Positions 1 to 12,899 are shown, numbered from the stretch's first letter. The stretch: 64,000 bases of DNA from Octopus vulgaris (GCA_951406725.2 OX597816.1:172980001-173044000); one strand, 5' to 3'. Notes: generated from the sequence alone by a model not told the origin. Program-made: numbers and translations.

Positions 1-264
1 AACGATGCTTTTAGAGACTGCAAGGTTTTTAGTAAATGAAATCCAACAAGTTGTCCCTTGGGAAACCAGATAGATCACGCATTTTAACTTATTTAAATAT
101 AACTATCTGTAAAATAAACGCAGGGCTATATCTTGAAGCACAGGGTATGCCTAATATACATGAACACATATACACAGACTTGAACAGTTTTGAATTTGTC
201 GTGCTAAAAAAAAATGGTTCAATAAAAAGTAATGTTTTTATTATTTTGGGCCGCTCTTGCATAT

Positions 265-475
265 ATCTACACACATATATATATAAACACACGCATACAT
301 ATACATATATATACATACATACTTACATACATAAATACATACATGCATTCATACGTACATACATACATACGTGCATACATACGTGCATACATACATACAT
401 ACATACATACATACATACATACATACATACATACATACATACATACATACATACATACATACATACATACATACC
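265..475. repeat. (TACA)n/(TA)n microsatellite
   Basis: Directly visible tetranucleotide array; produces the spurious HTYI/MYVC ORFs. Confidence 0.98.
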
Positions 476-1165
476 TACAATAGCCGGATTACTACCTCCC
501 ACTTTAAAGGGTATGCGTTTGCAATCCAGGAACAGTAAATATCAACCAAGTACCTGATGCACAAAAGGGGTAGAGATGCGGGAAAAGCAGTAAAATGTGA
601 CAACCGATGCAGACCTTGTGGAGTTCATACTGAAGATATCACCCACATCATAAGCGGTTCTCTGAAAATATCACCACGGTATTTTCTTCTGATGAGACAT
701 GATATTGTAGCTAGGACACTATAAATGACAAAGGACAAAGAAATAAACACCCACAATATAGTAGAAGCCATAGCAACTCACAATGAAAAGGAATACTGGT
801 GGAATGTACCAGTGAAAACCTCAATAAAATGTAAGTACAACAGACCTGATATAATGATTTGGGATTGAGAAGAGAAACTGTGCACAGTTGTGGAAATTAG
901 CTTCCCAGCGGATGTTAACATAAAGCTGAAGATCAGTGAAAAAAGGAACACCTATGCTGAACAATTGAGAAATCTACAGTTACTCTATCCAGATTACAAG
1001 TTCAAGTTTATACCTGTAATTATTGGGGCCCTGGGATACGTAACACACTGCTTAAATACCAATCTTGAGAGATTAGGGTTCTCAAAACCAGAAAGGAGAA
1101 GGGTAATTCGAAGACTACAAATCCAATCCATCACGGGAACTGTAAAAATCTGTAAAACTTTCCAG
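476..1165 (+). mobile_element. Non-LTR retrotransposon fragment with restriction-like endonuclease (R4/Dong/CRE-like), decayed
   Basis: Manual translation gives a zinc knuckle CRPC...EDITHIISG, the RHD motif, then EYWWN...RPDIMIWD...VEISFPAD (PD-(D/E)xK-like) and PVIIGALG. Stops and frameshifts are present. ORF 890..1276 covers part of it. Confidence 0.85.
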
Positions 1166-1166
1166 A

Positions 1167-1298
1167 ATACAGTTTTATATTTAAGAGATGAGGAATTGTG
1201 TACATTATTTACATTATTTACTATTGACAGATATTTGTCCTCATCATGTTCGTTGTTAACACAGCGTTTCGGCTGATATACCCTCCAGCTTTTATCAG
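1167..1298 (-). mobile_element. Penelope pLTR fragment with degenerate hammerhead (same family as 8860-8985)
   Basis: Reverse complement matches 8865-8985 (gctggagggtatatcagccgaaacg...ctcttaaatata). The core is mutated to CTGATAA. Confidence 0.85.
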
Positions 1299-1309
1299 CC
1301 GAAACTGAT

Positions 1310-1546
1310 ATTGTTGGAACAACAGGATACATACCAGCCAGTCTGGAAGAAAGTGTAGCTGAACTTGGGTTCTTGGAGAAAGAAAGCGAATCCTTAATTC
1401 ATACACTGCAAATGATCACCGTATCTGAAACTATAAAAATCTATAAAACCTTCGTAAGATTTAAAGGATGATGAACAAAACAAAATGCTGTTCTTCGCAA
1501 CCGAGCAGGTGACCAGTCGAAATTTACTTTAAATTAAAAGAAGAGA
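1310..1546 (+). mobile_element. 3' end of a second, divergent RLE-type non-LTR element
   Basis: Translates IVGTTGYIPASLEESVAELGF...LIHTLQMITVSETIKIYKTF*, paralogous to the C-terminus at 1015-1165. A short 3' UTR runs into (TACA)n. Confidence 0.7.
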
Positions 1547-2380
1547 ACATACATACATACATACATACATACATACATACATACATACATACATACATTC
1601 ATGCATGCATGCATACATACATACATACACACACACACATACATACATACATACATGCATGCATACATACATACATACATACATACATGCATGCATACAT
1701 ACATACATACATACATGCATGCATACATACATACACACATACATGCATGCATACATACATACATACATAATGCATACATACATACATACACACATACATA
1801 CATACACACATACATACATACATACATACATACATACATACATACATACATACATACACATACATACATACATACATACACACATACACACACACATACA
1901 TACATACATACATACATACATACATACATACATACATACATACATACATACATACATACATACATACATACATACATACATACATACATACACACACATA
2001 CATACATACATACATACATACATACATACATACACACATACATACATACATACATACATACATACATACATACATACATACATACATACATACACACACA
2101 CATACATACATACATACATACATACATACATACATACATACATACATACATACATACATACATACACACACACATACATACATACATACATACATACATA
2201 CATACATACATACATACATACATACATACATACATACATACATACATACATACATACACACACACACATACATACATACATACATACATACATACATACA
2301 TACATGCATACATACAAGCATGCATACATACATACATACATACATACATACACGCATGCATGCATACGTGCATACATACA
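1547..2380. repeat. (TACA)n microsatellite, about 830 bp
   Basis: Direct observation, with TGCA/CACA variant units. Confidence 0.98.
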
Positions 2381-2798
2381 TTAAGGTTTAATCAGCTGCC
2401 TTTTGACATACGTCTGTTCGTCCAAATAGAGCCAAACAGCAAAACCGTACACCCCACCCCCACTTCTGTGTTATTTACTTATTGTGATTTGTTTCCATGT
2501 AAGGTATGGTGTTGGTGTTTGTGCTTTATAAAGCGGTGAAATATAATGGGGGAGTGAATGGTTCGGTGGAGGACGTATGTGCATTAGAGTGGTACACACG
2601 ATGGTGCTGATAATGGGTTGTGCCAGTTAAGCCGCTGATTGCATCTATACTCCCTACATATATGAGAATGTGTGTGCTTGTGTGTATATCGAACGTATGT
2701 ATGTGTGTACGTATGCATATATAAATACATATATGCATACATACGCACACGCATATATTTTGGAATATATGTAAGAAAATATACATAATATTCACATA

Positions 2799-2961
2799 GG
2801 CGCAGGAGTGGCTGTGTGGTAAGTAGCTTGCTAACCAACCACATGGTTCCGGGTTCAGTCTCACTGCGTAGCATCTTGGGCAAGTGTCTTCTGCTATAGC
2901 CCCGGGCCGACCAATGCCTTGTGAGTGGATTTGGTAGACGGAAACTGAAAGAAGCCTGTCG

Positions 2962-3016
<55 letters not shown>

Positions 3017-3230
3017 ATATGTTTGTGTGTTTGTGTTTGTCTCCCTAGCATTGCTTGACAACCGATGCTGGTGTGTTTACGTCCCCGTAACTTAGCGGTT
3101 CAGCAAAAGAGACCGATAGAATAAGTACTGGGCTTACAAAGAATAAGTCCCGGAGTCGATTTGCTCGACTAAAGGCGGTGCTCCAGCATGGTCGCAATCA
3201 ATTGACTGAAACAAGAAAAAGAGTAGAAGA
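2799..3230 (+). mobile_element. tRNA-derived CORE-type SINE (family A; resembles octopus OR-type SINEs)
   Basis: A box TGGCTGTGTGG, B box GGTTCAGTC, CORE-like CTTGGGCAAGT, internal TA/TG microsatellite, CR1-like tail ending (AGTAAAAG)n. At least 6 near-full copies in the window. Confidence 0.9.
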
Positions 3231-3786
3231 ATATGTATATATGTATGTGCTTGAGTGTGATTAGTGTATGTGAGTGCGTGAGAGTATATATGTATGTGTG
3301 TGTGTGTTTGTGTGTGTGTAAACGTAAACGCACACAAAGGCCGCACACTACGTAGTCTACGTATTTCTGTGCCAGCAAGCTTCGTAAAGCGAAGTGGGTG
3401 TGTTTAGGAGCTGGACGCACAGACAGACGTAAATCTAGAAATAATTCAATGAAGAAAATAAAATGGATTCAACTGCTCCGTAGTGTTTATGACATTTTAA
3501 ATACATTTCCCTCTTTGCCTATTGCCTTACACACCTCCACACAGTCTGCCATTCTCCACCTCCTCTACACCCAGTATCCGAATTATCGTGGCCTCAACCC
3601 TTACCAAAGAATCTGCCCCGGCGCTGCCGTTTCTCCTGTAAGCACCTATCACCCTCACTACCACCACCACCAACAACAACAACATCATTCCCAGATCACT
3701 AACTACACCATCTCCTCCCACTATCACTCACTAATTTGTCAATGTCTTCCGTGTATCTCACTTCTCTGGTTTCTTTTACTGTTTTT

Positions 3787-3800
3787 GGTTGTTGTTGTTG

Positions 3801-3832
<32 letters not shown>

Positions 3833-3871
3833 GGTGGTGGTGGTGGTGGTGGTGGTGGTGGTGGTGGTGGT
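3787..3871. repeat. (GTT)n-(GGT)n compound microsatellite
   Basis: Direct observation. Confidence 0.95.
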
Positions 3872-4223
3872 AGCCGTAGTGTTAGTTTGGTTATTTGGCA
3901 GGAAGGTCAGCCCTGACCAAACAAGAGATACGATCAAATATCTTCCGACCGTGACCATCCTGTCACTGTCATTTTTTTTTATTATTATTATGTAGCGTTT
4001 TCACAATGTATCACATCTTAAAGAAAAAAAAAAGCGTTTCCGGAAGATTTTGGTTGCTATTTCTCGGAAGTCTACCGAACCGCCGTGAGCCTCCTCTCAT
4101 ACACCTCCCTCCAGTTGTTGCTGTTGTTGTTGATGTGGTTTCTGGTGTCCTTACAACAACTGTCGCTGTTTTATTACTTAACTCGTTTTTGCTATCACTG
4201 CTGTAGAATTTGTTGTTATTGCT

Positions 4224-4284
<61 letters not shown>

Positions 4285-4295
4285 CCACCACCATC

Positions 4296-4327
<32 letters not shown>

Positions 4328-4349
4328 CATCATCATCACCACCACCACA

Positions 4350-4380
<31 letters not shown>

Positions 4381-4424
4381 TCATCACCACCACCACAACC
4401 ACCACCACCATCATCATCATCATC

Positions 4425-4476
<52 letters not shown>

Positions 4477-4502
4477 CCACCACCATCATCATCATCATCA
4501 CC

Positions 4503-4536
<34 letters not shown>

Positions 4537-4543
4537 CCACCAC

Positions 4544-4578
<35 letters not shown>

Positions 4579-4585
4579 CCACCAC

Positions 4586-4626
<41 letters not shown>

Positions 4627-4684
4627 CCACCATCATCATCATCATCATCATCATTATCATCATCATCATCATCATCACCACCAC

Positions 4685-4722
<38 letters not shown>

Positions 4723-4772
4723 CCACCACCACCACCACCACCACCACCATCATCATCACCATCATCATCATC

Positions 4773-4806
<34 letters not shown>

Positions 4807-4823
4807 CCACCATCATCATCATC

Positions 4824-4875
<52 letters not shown>

Positions 4876-4882
4876 CCACCAC

Positions 4883-4927
<45 letters not shown>
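4224..4927. repeat. Mixed (CAT)n/(CAC)n trinucleotide array, about 700 bp
   Basis: Direct observation; source of the poly-H/D/S/M ORFs. Confidence 0.97.
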
Positions 4928-5744
4928 TTTTATTATTACCATTAGTATTCTTTTTTTGTTGTTGTTGTGATTGTTGTAATTGCAAACATGGCAGTCTTTT
5001 TTTGCTGTTTGCCTTTTTTCCTTCGTTTTTTTTTTCTCTCCGGATTTTGTTGGTCTGTCGAAGTTAAAATATTCGGTAATTCAATAAGCCATGGGGTGTG
5101 ACGGGTGTGGCATTCGATCTCTGGAACTTGAAATTACCAGCAGCGATAAACTATTGATAAGCCATGTTAATGATTTCCTCCGTCCATTACCTCCACTCGC
5201 ATCTAGGCTACAACCCCACCCCGCAAGACACACACACACTCCACATAAAAAGCATGCGCGTAAAGCACTCCTACATTCCACCCCTCACCTGCAACTGAAA
5301 TGTATTCCGGACATATAGATAGACACACATGAGCAGAGAGGCGCACTTGTACATAGAAAGAAACGCACGTACGCATGCGCACACACACACACACACTGTT
5401 TGTTTAATGCCTAGTTGCACATTTGACAGAAGACAGTTGTATCATTTTCTTTTTTCTATCGCTCCTTTTTCTACCCTAACCCCCTCCTCTCATTCTATAA
5501 TGCTCTCCATGCAAGCTGGCATACTCTCTGTGTAGCTACGCATGTCTATCATCCTAACTCCCGTGTCGACTGTGTGCCTGCCTGATCGCCTATACGGCTA
5601 CTTATGGCTACATATATGAATATGTGTGCGCGTGTATTTGGGTATAAGAATATGCGAGTGAATGTTTGCATGTAGTGAGGGATCGAGGTGTGCCTATCTT
5701 GAGTCCACTAACTACAATTGGGACTAAAATGGAAAACATTTCTC

Positions 5745-6160
5745 GGATCTTTTCGGTTTAAACGGCAGTTTTTTTAAATAATTTCCACGTAACTAAACAC
5801 TTTTAAACTTCGTATACTGGTAGAATGTGTTTATAAAACATCATTTTCTCTTGGCTTTATTGAGAAAATTCTATAGTTTCTAAGATATTTGTTGTTTTTT
5901 TCTTCAATTTCTGCAATTTCAACCAATAAATGACGTCCATTGAGGTAAAAAACATTCTGTGCCGTATGAATATGTCCCTCGTTTAAGAAACAGATTGGGT
6001 TTATTTACATTTGTGAAGAAAAAAAGATACCCTTCCCCCACCCCTAACCCTAACCCTAAAATAGATTGAAATGCAATAGATCGATACTAGGGTCATAATT
6101 ATGGGTGACAATTTCATATGACACCGCTAGAAAAAACTGCCGTTCAAACCGAAAAGATCC
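5745..6160. mobile_element. MITE with about 30-bp TIRs and an 8-bp TSD-like flank
   Basis: TIRs GGATCTTTTCGGTTTAAACGGCAGTTTTTT / AAAAAACTGCCGTTCAAACCGAAAAGATCC. Flanks catttctc (5737-5744) and aatttctc (6161-6168). Internal (CCCTAA)3 at about 6042-6059. Confidence 0.85.
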
Positions 6161-6286
6161 AATTTCTCCAAGGTGGTATAACAGTGGCTTAGAATTCAGA
6201 ACTACTTCGTTACGAAATGAATTTCTTAACCTCAAGCATACACACGTAACACTATATCGTCCATCCTCCAGTTTTGTAACTTTCTC

Positions 6287-6318
<32 letters not shown>

Positions 6319-6320
6319 TG

Positions 6321-6408
<88 letters not shown>

Positions 6409-6498
6409 GAAATGAGGTAATCAGAAGATCGGATGGTTCATATTTACAGATATTTATTTATATATTACATTTTTTTACATATATATCATATCACTTAG

Positions 6499-6541
6499 TT
6501 CATTAGCGCTTTCTCCCATTCTAGTGGGGTTTTCAAATGAA
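6499..6541 (-). ncRNA. Minimal type I hammerhead ribozyme, U3:A8 core variant
   Basis: TTCAT-TTGAAAA-C CCCA ctagaa TGGG A-GAAA-GCGC-TA-ATGAA. Stem I TTCAT/ATGAA, palindromic stem III AGCGCT, predicted cleavage triplet CUA. Confidence 0.7.
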
Positions 6542-6704
6542 AATAAGTTCCTTTGCTGGGGATTTTAACCATTTTATAGTTTCTGGTCGTGGTGGGGAGG
6601 AATGTAAGACAGTACAAGAGGGTGAGGTGGATGAGGAGGAAGTGAGAAGTGAGAAGGGGAACATGTGTGTAAAATGATTAAAATCCCCAGCAAAGGAACT
6701 TATT

Positions 6705-6747
6705 TTCATTTGAAAACCCCACTAGAATGGAAGAAAGCGCCAATGAA
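6705..6747 (+). ncRNA. Hammerhead motif, degenerate copy (U16.1 to C)
   Basis: Same motif as 6499-6541, with a stem II mismatch and CA in place of TA at the cleavage site. Confidence 0.55.
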
Positions 6748-7202
6748 CTAAGTGATATGATATATATGTAAAAAAATGTAATATATAAATAAATAAATAT
6801 CTGTAAATACAAACCATCCGATCTTCTGATTACCTCATTTCCTCTAATATATAATATCTGTACATCATCTCCAAACCTTCCAATATATATATATATATAT
6901 ATATATACAGGCATAACTACAGATTTCTGCCACCCCCACCTCCGACTTTGGATGATCATAACTTATAGAAAAATGGATATTTTAAAATGAAATTCGCTAC
7001 AAATACACATCGGGCTATGTAGATTCCGAGAACAGAGGAATTTTTTTGGGGGGGGGAAACAATTTGGGGTTATTTTTGAGAACTGTTCCCCACTTGGGGG
7101 TGTTTCGGAACAAGTCGTCAAAATTTATTTCATTTTCTCCGTTTTGTGCGTTTGTGCATCCGTAGATTTCTACTACTCACATTTCATCGGCCTCAGTACG
7201 TA

Positions 7203-7272
<70 letters not shown>

Positions 7273-7386
7273 GATCGCTAAGTTAATGGTTGTGTTAGAT
7301 GTACTTTTTCAATTCGGTTGTAAACCGATATTTACATTACATACATATCATACATAAATGTCTGTGTGTATGTGTGTGTGTTTGTA

Positions 7387-8985
7387 CTCAACACCACAGT
7401 AAACTACCACACATGTACGGTCTCCCTAAGATTCACAAGGATGGTATTCCATTAAGGCCTATAGTGAGCTGTAGAGGATCAGCATGTTATCCACTGAGCC
7501 GCTTCCTTGTGGATATAATCAGTCCATTAGCAGGGAAGTCAACATCGTGCGTGAAGAATTCTACCCTCTTCACAGAATTGACCAAGGATGCTACCATTGA
7601 ATCCAACCAGATGGTGAGTCTAGATGTGATAAATATGTTCACCAAAGTCCCAACTGGCGAAGCACTATCGGTGATTCAAGAAAAACTAGCGACGACACCA
7701 TCTAAAAGAATGCACTAGTACACCAGTAAGAAACTTGATGGAAATGTTGACCTTCTGTGTAGAAACTACCTACTTCGGTATGGACACTGATATATATCGA
7801 CAAGAAGCGGGTTTAGCTATGGGTTCGCCATTATCACCCATAATAGCCAATATATACATGGAATACTTTGAGAATTTGGCTTTAGGATCAACACCACTAA
7901 AACCGACCCTATGGCTGCGATATGTTGATGACACCTTTATACTCTGGCCCCACCAGGAAGATATCCAAGTGCTGTTAGATCACGATGGAAAAGGAAAAAG
8001 ACAATCAGCTAGCATTCCTGGCGTATTAATAACGCTCACCTTCACTGGACGATTCCTCATCTTCAACTCCCACCATCCATACAGTGTAAAGAGAGGGATT
8101 GCTCAGTGCCTAAAACATCGAGCAAAGAATATAAGTAGCGATCTTGATACCCACCACGAAGAAATAATCAAGCTTAATAACAATCTATTAAGCAACAGCT
8201 ACCCCATAAACATACTATCCACTCCAATTATGAAGAAAAGGGAGGATGAAACCAATAAATTGTCCACGGTCTGTCTACCCTATGTCTACCCGAATAGATA
8301 CAAAAGTTATGCTACCCATATGACATCAGGACAGTATTCAAAAGTAATACAACACTTCGCAAATATCTCCTTCGAGTAAAACCACCAGTAGAAGAGTATA
8401 TGAACAAAAGCTGCGTGTACTCCATCCCCATACAGCTGTGGTAGGTTATACAAAGGCGAAACATGCCACCCGCTCAAAATAAGGTTAGAGGAACATCACA
8501 AAGCTGTGACACGAGGAGATATTGATAAATCGGGTATAGCTGATCATGTATGGAAAAATGGAGACCACCTTCCCCTGTGGGATGAAGTTAAAATAATGGA
8601 CAGAGAACACCACTGGAAAATACGAAAACTAAAAGAAGCGGCATATATGCTAGGACACAAGAATCTCCTAAGCAGATCGAGTGCAGTTATGAATAGCATA
8701 TGGGAACTGGCGTTAAGGAAGGATAGGAAAATATTAGATTTATAAGCTCTAAAATTCACACCATAATTGCCCATAATTGCTACTAACCCCAAGATTCCGA
8801 GTTCGATTCCAGACAGTGACCTGAATAATAGTAATAACCCAGGTTCGAAATTTCCCCAAGATACCTGATGAAGGCTGGAGGGCATATCAGCCGAAACGTT
8901 GTATTAACAACAAACAAGATGAGGACAAATATCCGTCAAATGTAAATAATGTACATAATTCTTCATCTCTTAAATATAGAACTGT
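7387..8985 (+). mobile_element. Penelope-like element (Penelope/Poseidon-type), 5'-truncated and frameshifted: RT + GIY-YIG + pLTR
   Basis: Motifs YGLPKIHK..PLRPIVS, SLDV..MFTKVP, GLAMGSPLSP, WLRYVDDTF, then GIY-YIG-like CVYSIP..CGRLYKGET and KSGIADH..RKLKEA. Terminal repeat with hammerhead at 8860-8985. Confidence 0.93.
8860..8905 (+). ncRNA. Minimal type I hammerhead ribozyme (canonical core)
   Basis: GATAC-CTGATGA-A GGCTG gagggcatat CAGCC-GAAA-CG-TT-GTATT. Palindromic ACGT stem III. Predicted cleavage after 8900 (GUU). Confidence 0.85.
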
Positions 8986-9832
8986 CTTCGTAATTTTTAT
9001 ATAATATACTCCTACTGGGACAAATACATGTATAAATATATGATATACGACTACCATGCATGTAAATACAGGCGATATCATTATATCATATTTGTACATA
9101 TATCTATACCGTATTGGCAGCAATTGACAAGGGTAGTTTATATTACAACTACCAATGACCAGTTTACTGCAATTGAGGTGTGTATACGCGTGTGTAGAAA
9201 TATACGAATCGCTGCGTATGTGTGTATGTATAATTTGCACATATGTATATATAGTTCATTATGTGTGCAGTTTTGCAATAAATATGCGTACGTATAAAAT
9301 TATAGGCATATACAAACATAAAACACATCTACACTCAAACACATAGACACACACGCGCACGAACGCACACGCACATACGCCACGTACACGTACACATGCA
9401 CACCCACACACGTTTGTAGAAGCAAGTCTCTTGGCCACTAAATTTGATTGGTTTATGTATGTGTCTAAATATCTATTTGTGTATACACTTACATGTATTA
9501 TTTTATATATTTACTTATATATACATGCGTATGTGTGTGTTTATAAGCATATGTTATGAGAGGCGAAAGAGAAAAGAGAGGAGTAAATGCCTGCTCATTG
9601 AGATAAATCCAAAATGGCCAACTAAATATGAGGATTTGGGGTCCATTATATCGTTTCAGATATCATTGGATATCACACGCTATATGATTCTAATATCAGG
9701 CCACTAGCATGATATCAAATTTACAGCATCCTCATCAAGTAGAGCATCGGTAATTGCTGTAAAAAATTCTTTTTTGTGTCTGTTTGTCCCTCTCTCTCTT
9801 GTCCTTCTCCTTACTCTCCCCCTCTCTTTTTC

Positions 9833-9863
<31 letters not shown>

Positions 9864-9943
9864 CCTCTTTCTTTCTGCCCTCTCTCTCTCCCTTTCCTTC
9901 TCTCGTATAGTCTTCTGATAGCTTAGGATTATATATACCTAAT

Positions 9944-10208
9944 TGTGTGTGTGTGTGTGTGCATTGCATGCATGTGTCTTGTGTGTATGTGCGTGCGTGT
10001 GTGGGTGGGTGTGCGCGTGTGCGTGCGTGTGTGTGTGTGTGTGAGTGCGTGTGTGTGTGTATGTGTGTGTGTGTGCGTGTGAGTGTGCATGTGTGTGAGT
10101 ATGCGTGTGTGTATGTGTGCGTGCCTGCGTATGTGTTTATGTGTGTGCGTGTGTGTGTGTGTGCGTGCGTGTGTGTGTGCGTGCGTGTGCGTGTGCGTGC
10201 GTGCGTGC

Positions 10209-10241
<33 letters not shown>
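9944..10241. repeat. Degenerate (TG)n/(CG) alternating purine-pyrimidine tract
   Basis: Direct observation. Confidence 0.95.
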
Positions 10242-10242
<1 letters not shown>

Positions 10243-10394
10243 CTTTGTATAACTTATGCCGATGTAAACTATAGAAACAATAAGAAAGTACCACAAATGT
10301 ATCATATAAAGACAATAAAGAATATTTGCCACAAGTTTTGGAACGTCTGGATGTTTCCGTGACTCTTCGCCTCGTCAACCGGTGTTTTATTAAA

Positions 10395-10808
10395 CAGGAG
10401 TGGCTGTGTGGTAAGTAGCTTGCTAACCAACCACATGGTTCCGGGTTCAGTTCCACTGCGTGGCATCTTGGGCAGGTATCTTCTACTATAGCCTCGGGCC
10501 GACCAATGCCTTGTGAGTGGATTCGGTAGACGGAAACTGAAAGAAGCCCGTCGTATATATGTATATATATATATGTGTGTGTGTATGTGTTTGTGTGTCT
10601 GTGTTTGTCCCCCTAGCATTGCTTGACAACCGATGCTGGTTTGTTTATGTCCCCGTCACTTAGCGGTTCGGCAAAAGAGACCGATTGAATAAGTACTGGG
10701 CTTACAAAAGAATAAGTCCCGGGGTCGATTTGCTCGACTAAAGGCGGTGCTACAGCATGGCCGCAGTTAAATGACTGAAACAAGTAAAAGAGTAAAAGTG
10801 TAAAAGAG
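10395..10808 (+). mobile_element. SINE family A
   Basis: Near-identical to 2799-3230. Confidence 0.92.
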
Positions 10809-11175
10809 ATGTTACTTAACGATAAACTATAGCAGTTGCTGCCAAGGAGCGGATGGTATCATATACTGGGTGAGGTACGAAGCAGTCACTCTATATATTA
10901 CTCGCAATGACTGAAAAACTCGCTTAGATGAACTTAAAAATATACTGTGGATGTTCATTGCGTCTATTTACTACGCGCGCGTACGAATGCACACACACAC
11001 ACACACACACTTACGCACACACACATGCTCATATACACTCACACATACATAAACTCACACGCATATACACTCACACACACATGTAAGTAACGAACAAGAA
11101 AGTGAGTGCTCAACACCACATAAATGAATGACTAATTCCATTTAATAAATCAAATAGTTCCATGATACCAATGGT

Positions 11176-11309
11176 TGCCTTTCATCCTTTCGGGGTCGAT
11201 AAATTAAGTACCAGTTACGCACTGGGGTCCATATAATCGACTTAATCCGTTTGTTTGTCCTTCTTTGTCCCCTCTGTGTTTAGCCCCTTGTGGGTAGTAA
11301 AGAAACAGG
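11176..11309 (+). mobile_element. tRNA-derived SINE family B, 5'-truncated
   Basis: GCCTTTCATCCTTTCGGGGTCGATAAATTAAGTACCAG domain shared with 36671-36900. Confidence 0.88.
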
Positions 11310-11504
11310 TTTCATGCCGAATTAACAAGTTTCAACCGGAGTTTGAGATTTCGAAATAAATAAATAGAATAAAAACAAGAATCATGTACGAGATAACTAT
11401 ACAAAAACAAATCCTGTAGAGTCAATTATTAGGCTACACAACTTAAAATACAAACTCCAAAATTAACCCCAACATAAACCCTACTGCAATTTTATTATTT
11501 TTTA

Positions 11505-11680
11505 AAAATTTTATTTAGTTTCAGCTCACAAGCTGTGGCCATCCTGGGGCACCGCCATTTGGTGTTGCTACATGATTTTACTTCACGAATGCTTTTTAGC
11601 AAATGCCATCTGGTGCATGAGAGAGTTCGATGCAGCTGCCCTCATCTGCACCTCCTGCCGTGAAGTTGGTTCATCTGGGA
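11505..11680 (-). mobile_element. CR1-like LINE 3' terminus
   Basis: Minus strand reads PDEPTSRQEVQMRAAASNSLMHQ, then tail GGCGGTGCCCCAGGATGGCCACAG...CTGAAAC shared with SINE A. Confidence 0.75.
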
Positions 11681-12158
11681 AATATTATCAAATTACCAGG
11701 CTAAGGGTATACGACGCAAGTTTTATGTATTACTTAGAGCCATAAAATAACGTCAACATTGGGTAACATATTATAACTTACACTCACTGAAACAGCCATC
11801 CAGTTTACTACTTTTGTTAGTACTACGTTATGACAATAGCACCTACTGCATGTCCCACTCCACATATTTTTATGTGGTTTTATACGTATGTAATGTTTTG
11901 TATTTGCAGTTATAATTTATGTAATATGTTGCGTCTCCTGTTATGCACAACTTTTGGACTTCTATATTATACAAATCGAATTCTTACTTTTACTTGGCTA
12001 AATGGACGTTTGTGACGAACTTGCACATTTGCACCCACATTGACGCGTGATGTTGCTCACGATCCCTCTTGGGTATACAAATAGATAAACTTGTTTCAAT
12101 AGACTAACGTATTAGAGATTCTATGGCAATAATAATAATAATAATAATAATAATAGTC

Positions 12159-12229
<71 letters not shown>

Positions 12230-12275
12230 TGTAGTAGTAGTAGTAGTAGTAGTAATAAAAATAATAATAATAATT

Positions 12276-12801
12276 GCTCTGATGCAGATCTTAACTGATT
12301 GGAAGTGTTATCATGTACATTGTTTTGTCTTGGTATAAAAGATGGGCTACAGCAAATATTCTGCTCAATACCACAGATTTGCTTGTCAGTTGTTTGACCG
12401 TAACCAGTTGAGCATGTCCCTTAGTGGCTGATGATATGTGCATTTCTGAGCACGAGCAGAAGTAGTGGGGGAGCATCATAGCCATGTGTTGAGAGGGATT
12501 CTTTGGGGTTTGAATAATTCACCTCTGGGAACATGGATGTTTCGTTCAACATCCTTAAACAACCCTTATTCAGGGACCTTTTGAGCTTGGTGGGTTACTC
12601 GACCAGAAGAAAATTCTAACTGGGCCCCACCTGCAAGGTCATGTGCTGTTTATCTTGATATGAGATCACCATGTCGCGCACATATGGTTGTGATGCATGT
12701 GCCTGGTGTACCCTTATCAGACGGGTAGTCATGATGGGTATACTGGGTTTCATATATTTTACCCCAGTGTCACTTTGATGGCATGAACTGCTCTCTCACT
12801 C
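12276..12801 (+). mobile_element. Non-coding retroelement 3' segment embedded in and tailed by (TAA)n (possible Dong/R4-like 3' UTR)
   Basis: Higher-GC block with (TAA)n on both sides. The family assignment is an inference. Confidence 0.5.
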
Positions 12802-12876
<75 letters not shown>

Positions 12877-12899
12877 TATTATTATTATTATTATTATTA

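Larger units (their letters stand above)
6401..6884. mobile_element. Fold-back pLTR-like element: inverted arms of about 177 bp, purine-rich spacer, short tail, inside (TA)n
   Basis: 6401-6577 is the reverse complement of 6670-6850. Tail 6851-6884. Each arm has a hammerhead motif. Confidence 0.85.

Noticed and set aside
2799-2870. tRNA gene
   Set aside because: The A/B boxes belong to SINE heads that continue into the SINE body; no intact cloverleaf was established.
4011-5067. Poly-D/G, poly-H and poly-S/P ORFs
   Set aside because: Trinucleotide microsatellite open in several frames, with no complex coding flanks.
6042-6059. Telomere or chromosome-fusion scar
   Set aside because: Only three units, and internal to a MITE.
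12428-12470. CTGATGA motif; also at 689, 30653 and 30885
   Set aside because: No downstream stem II-GAAA-stem III arrangement.
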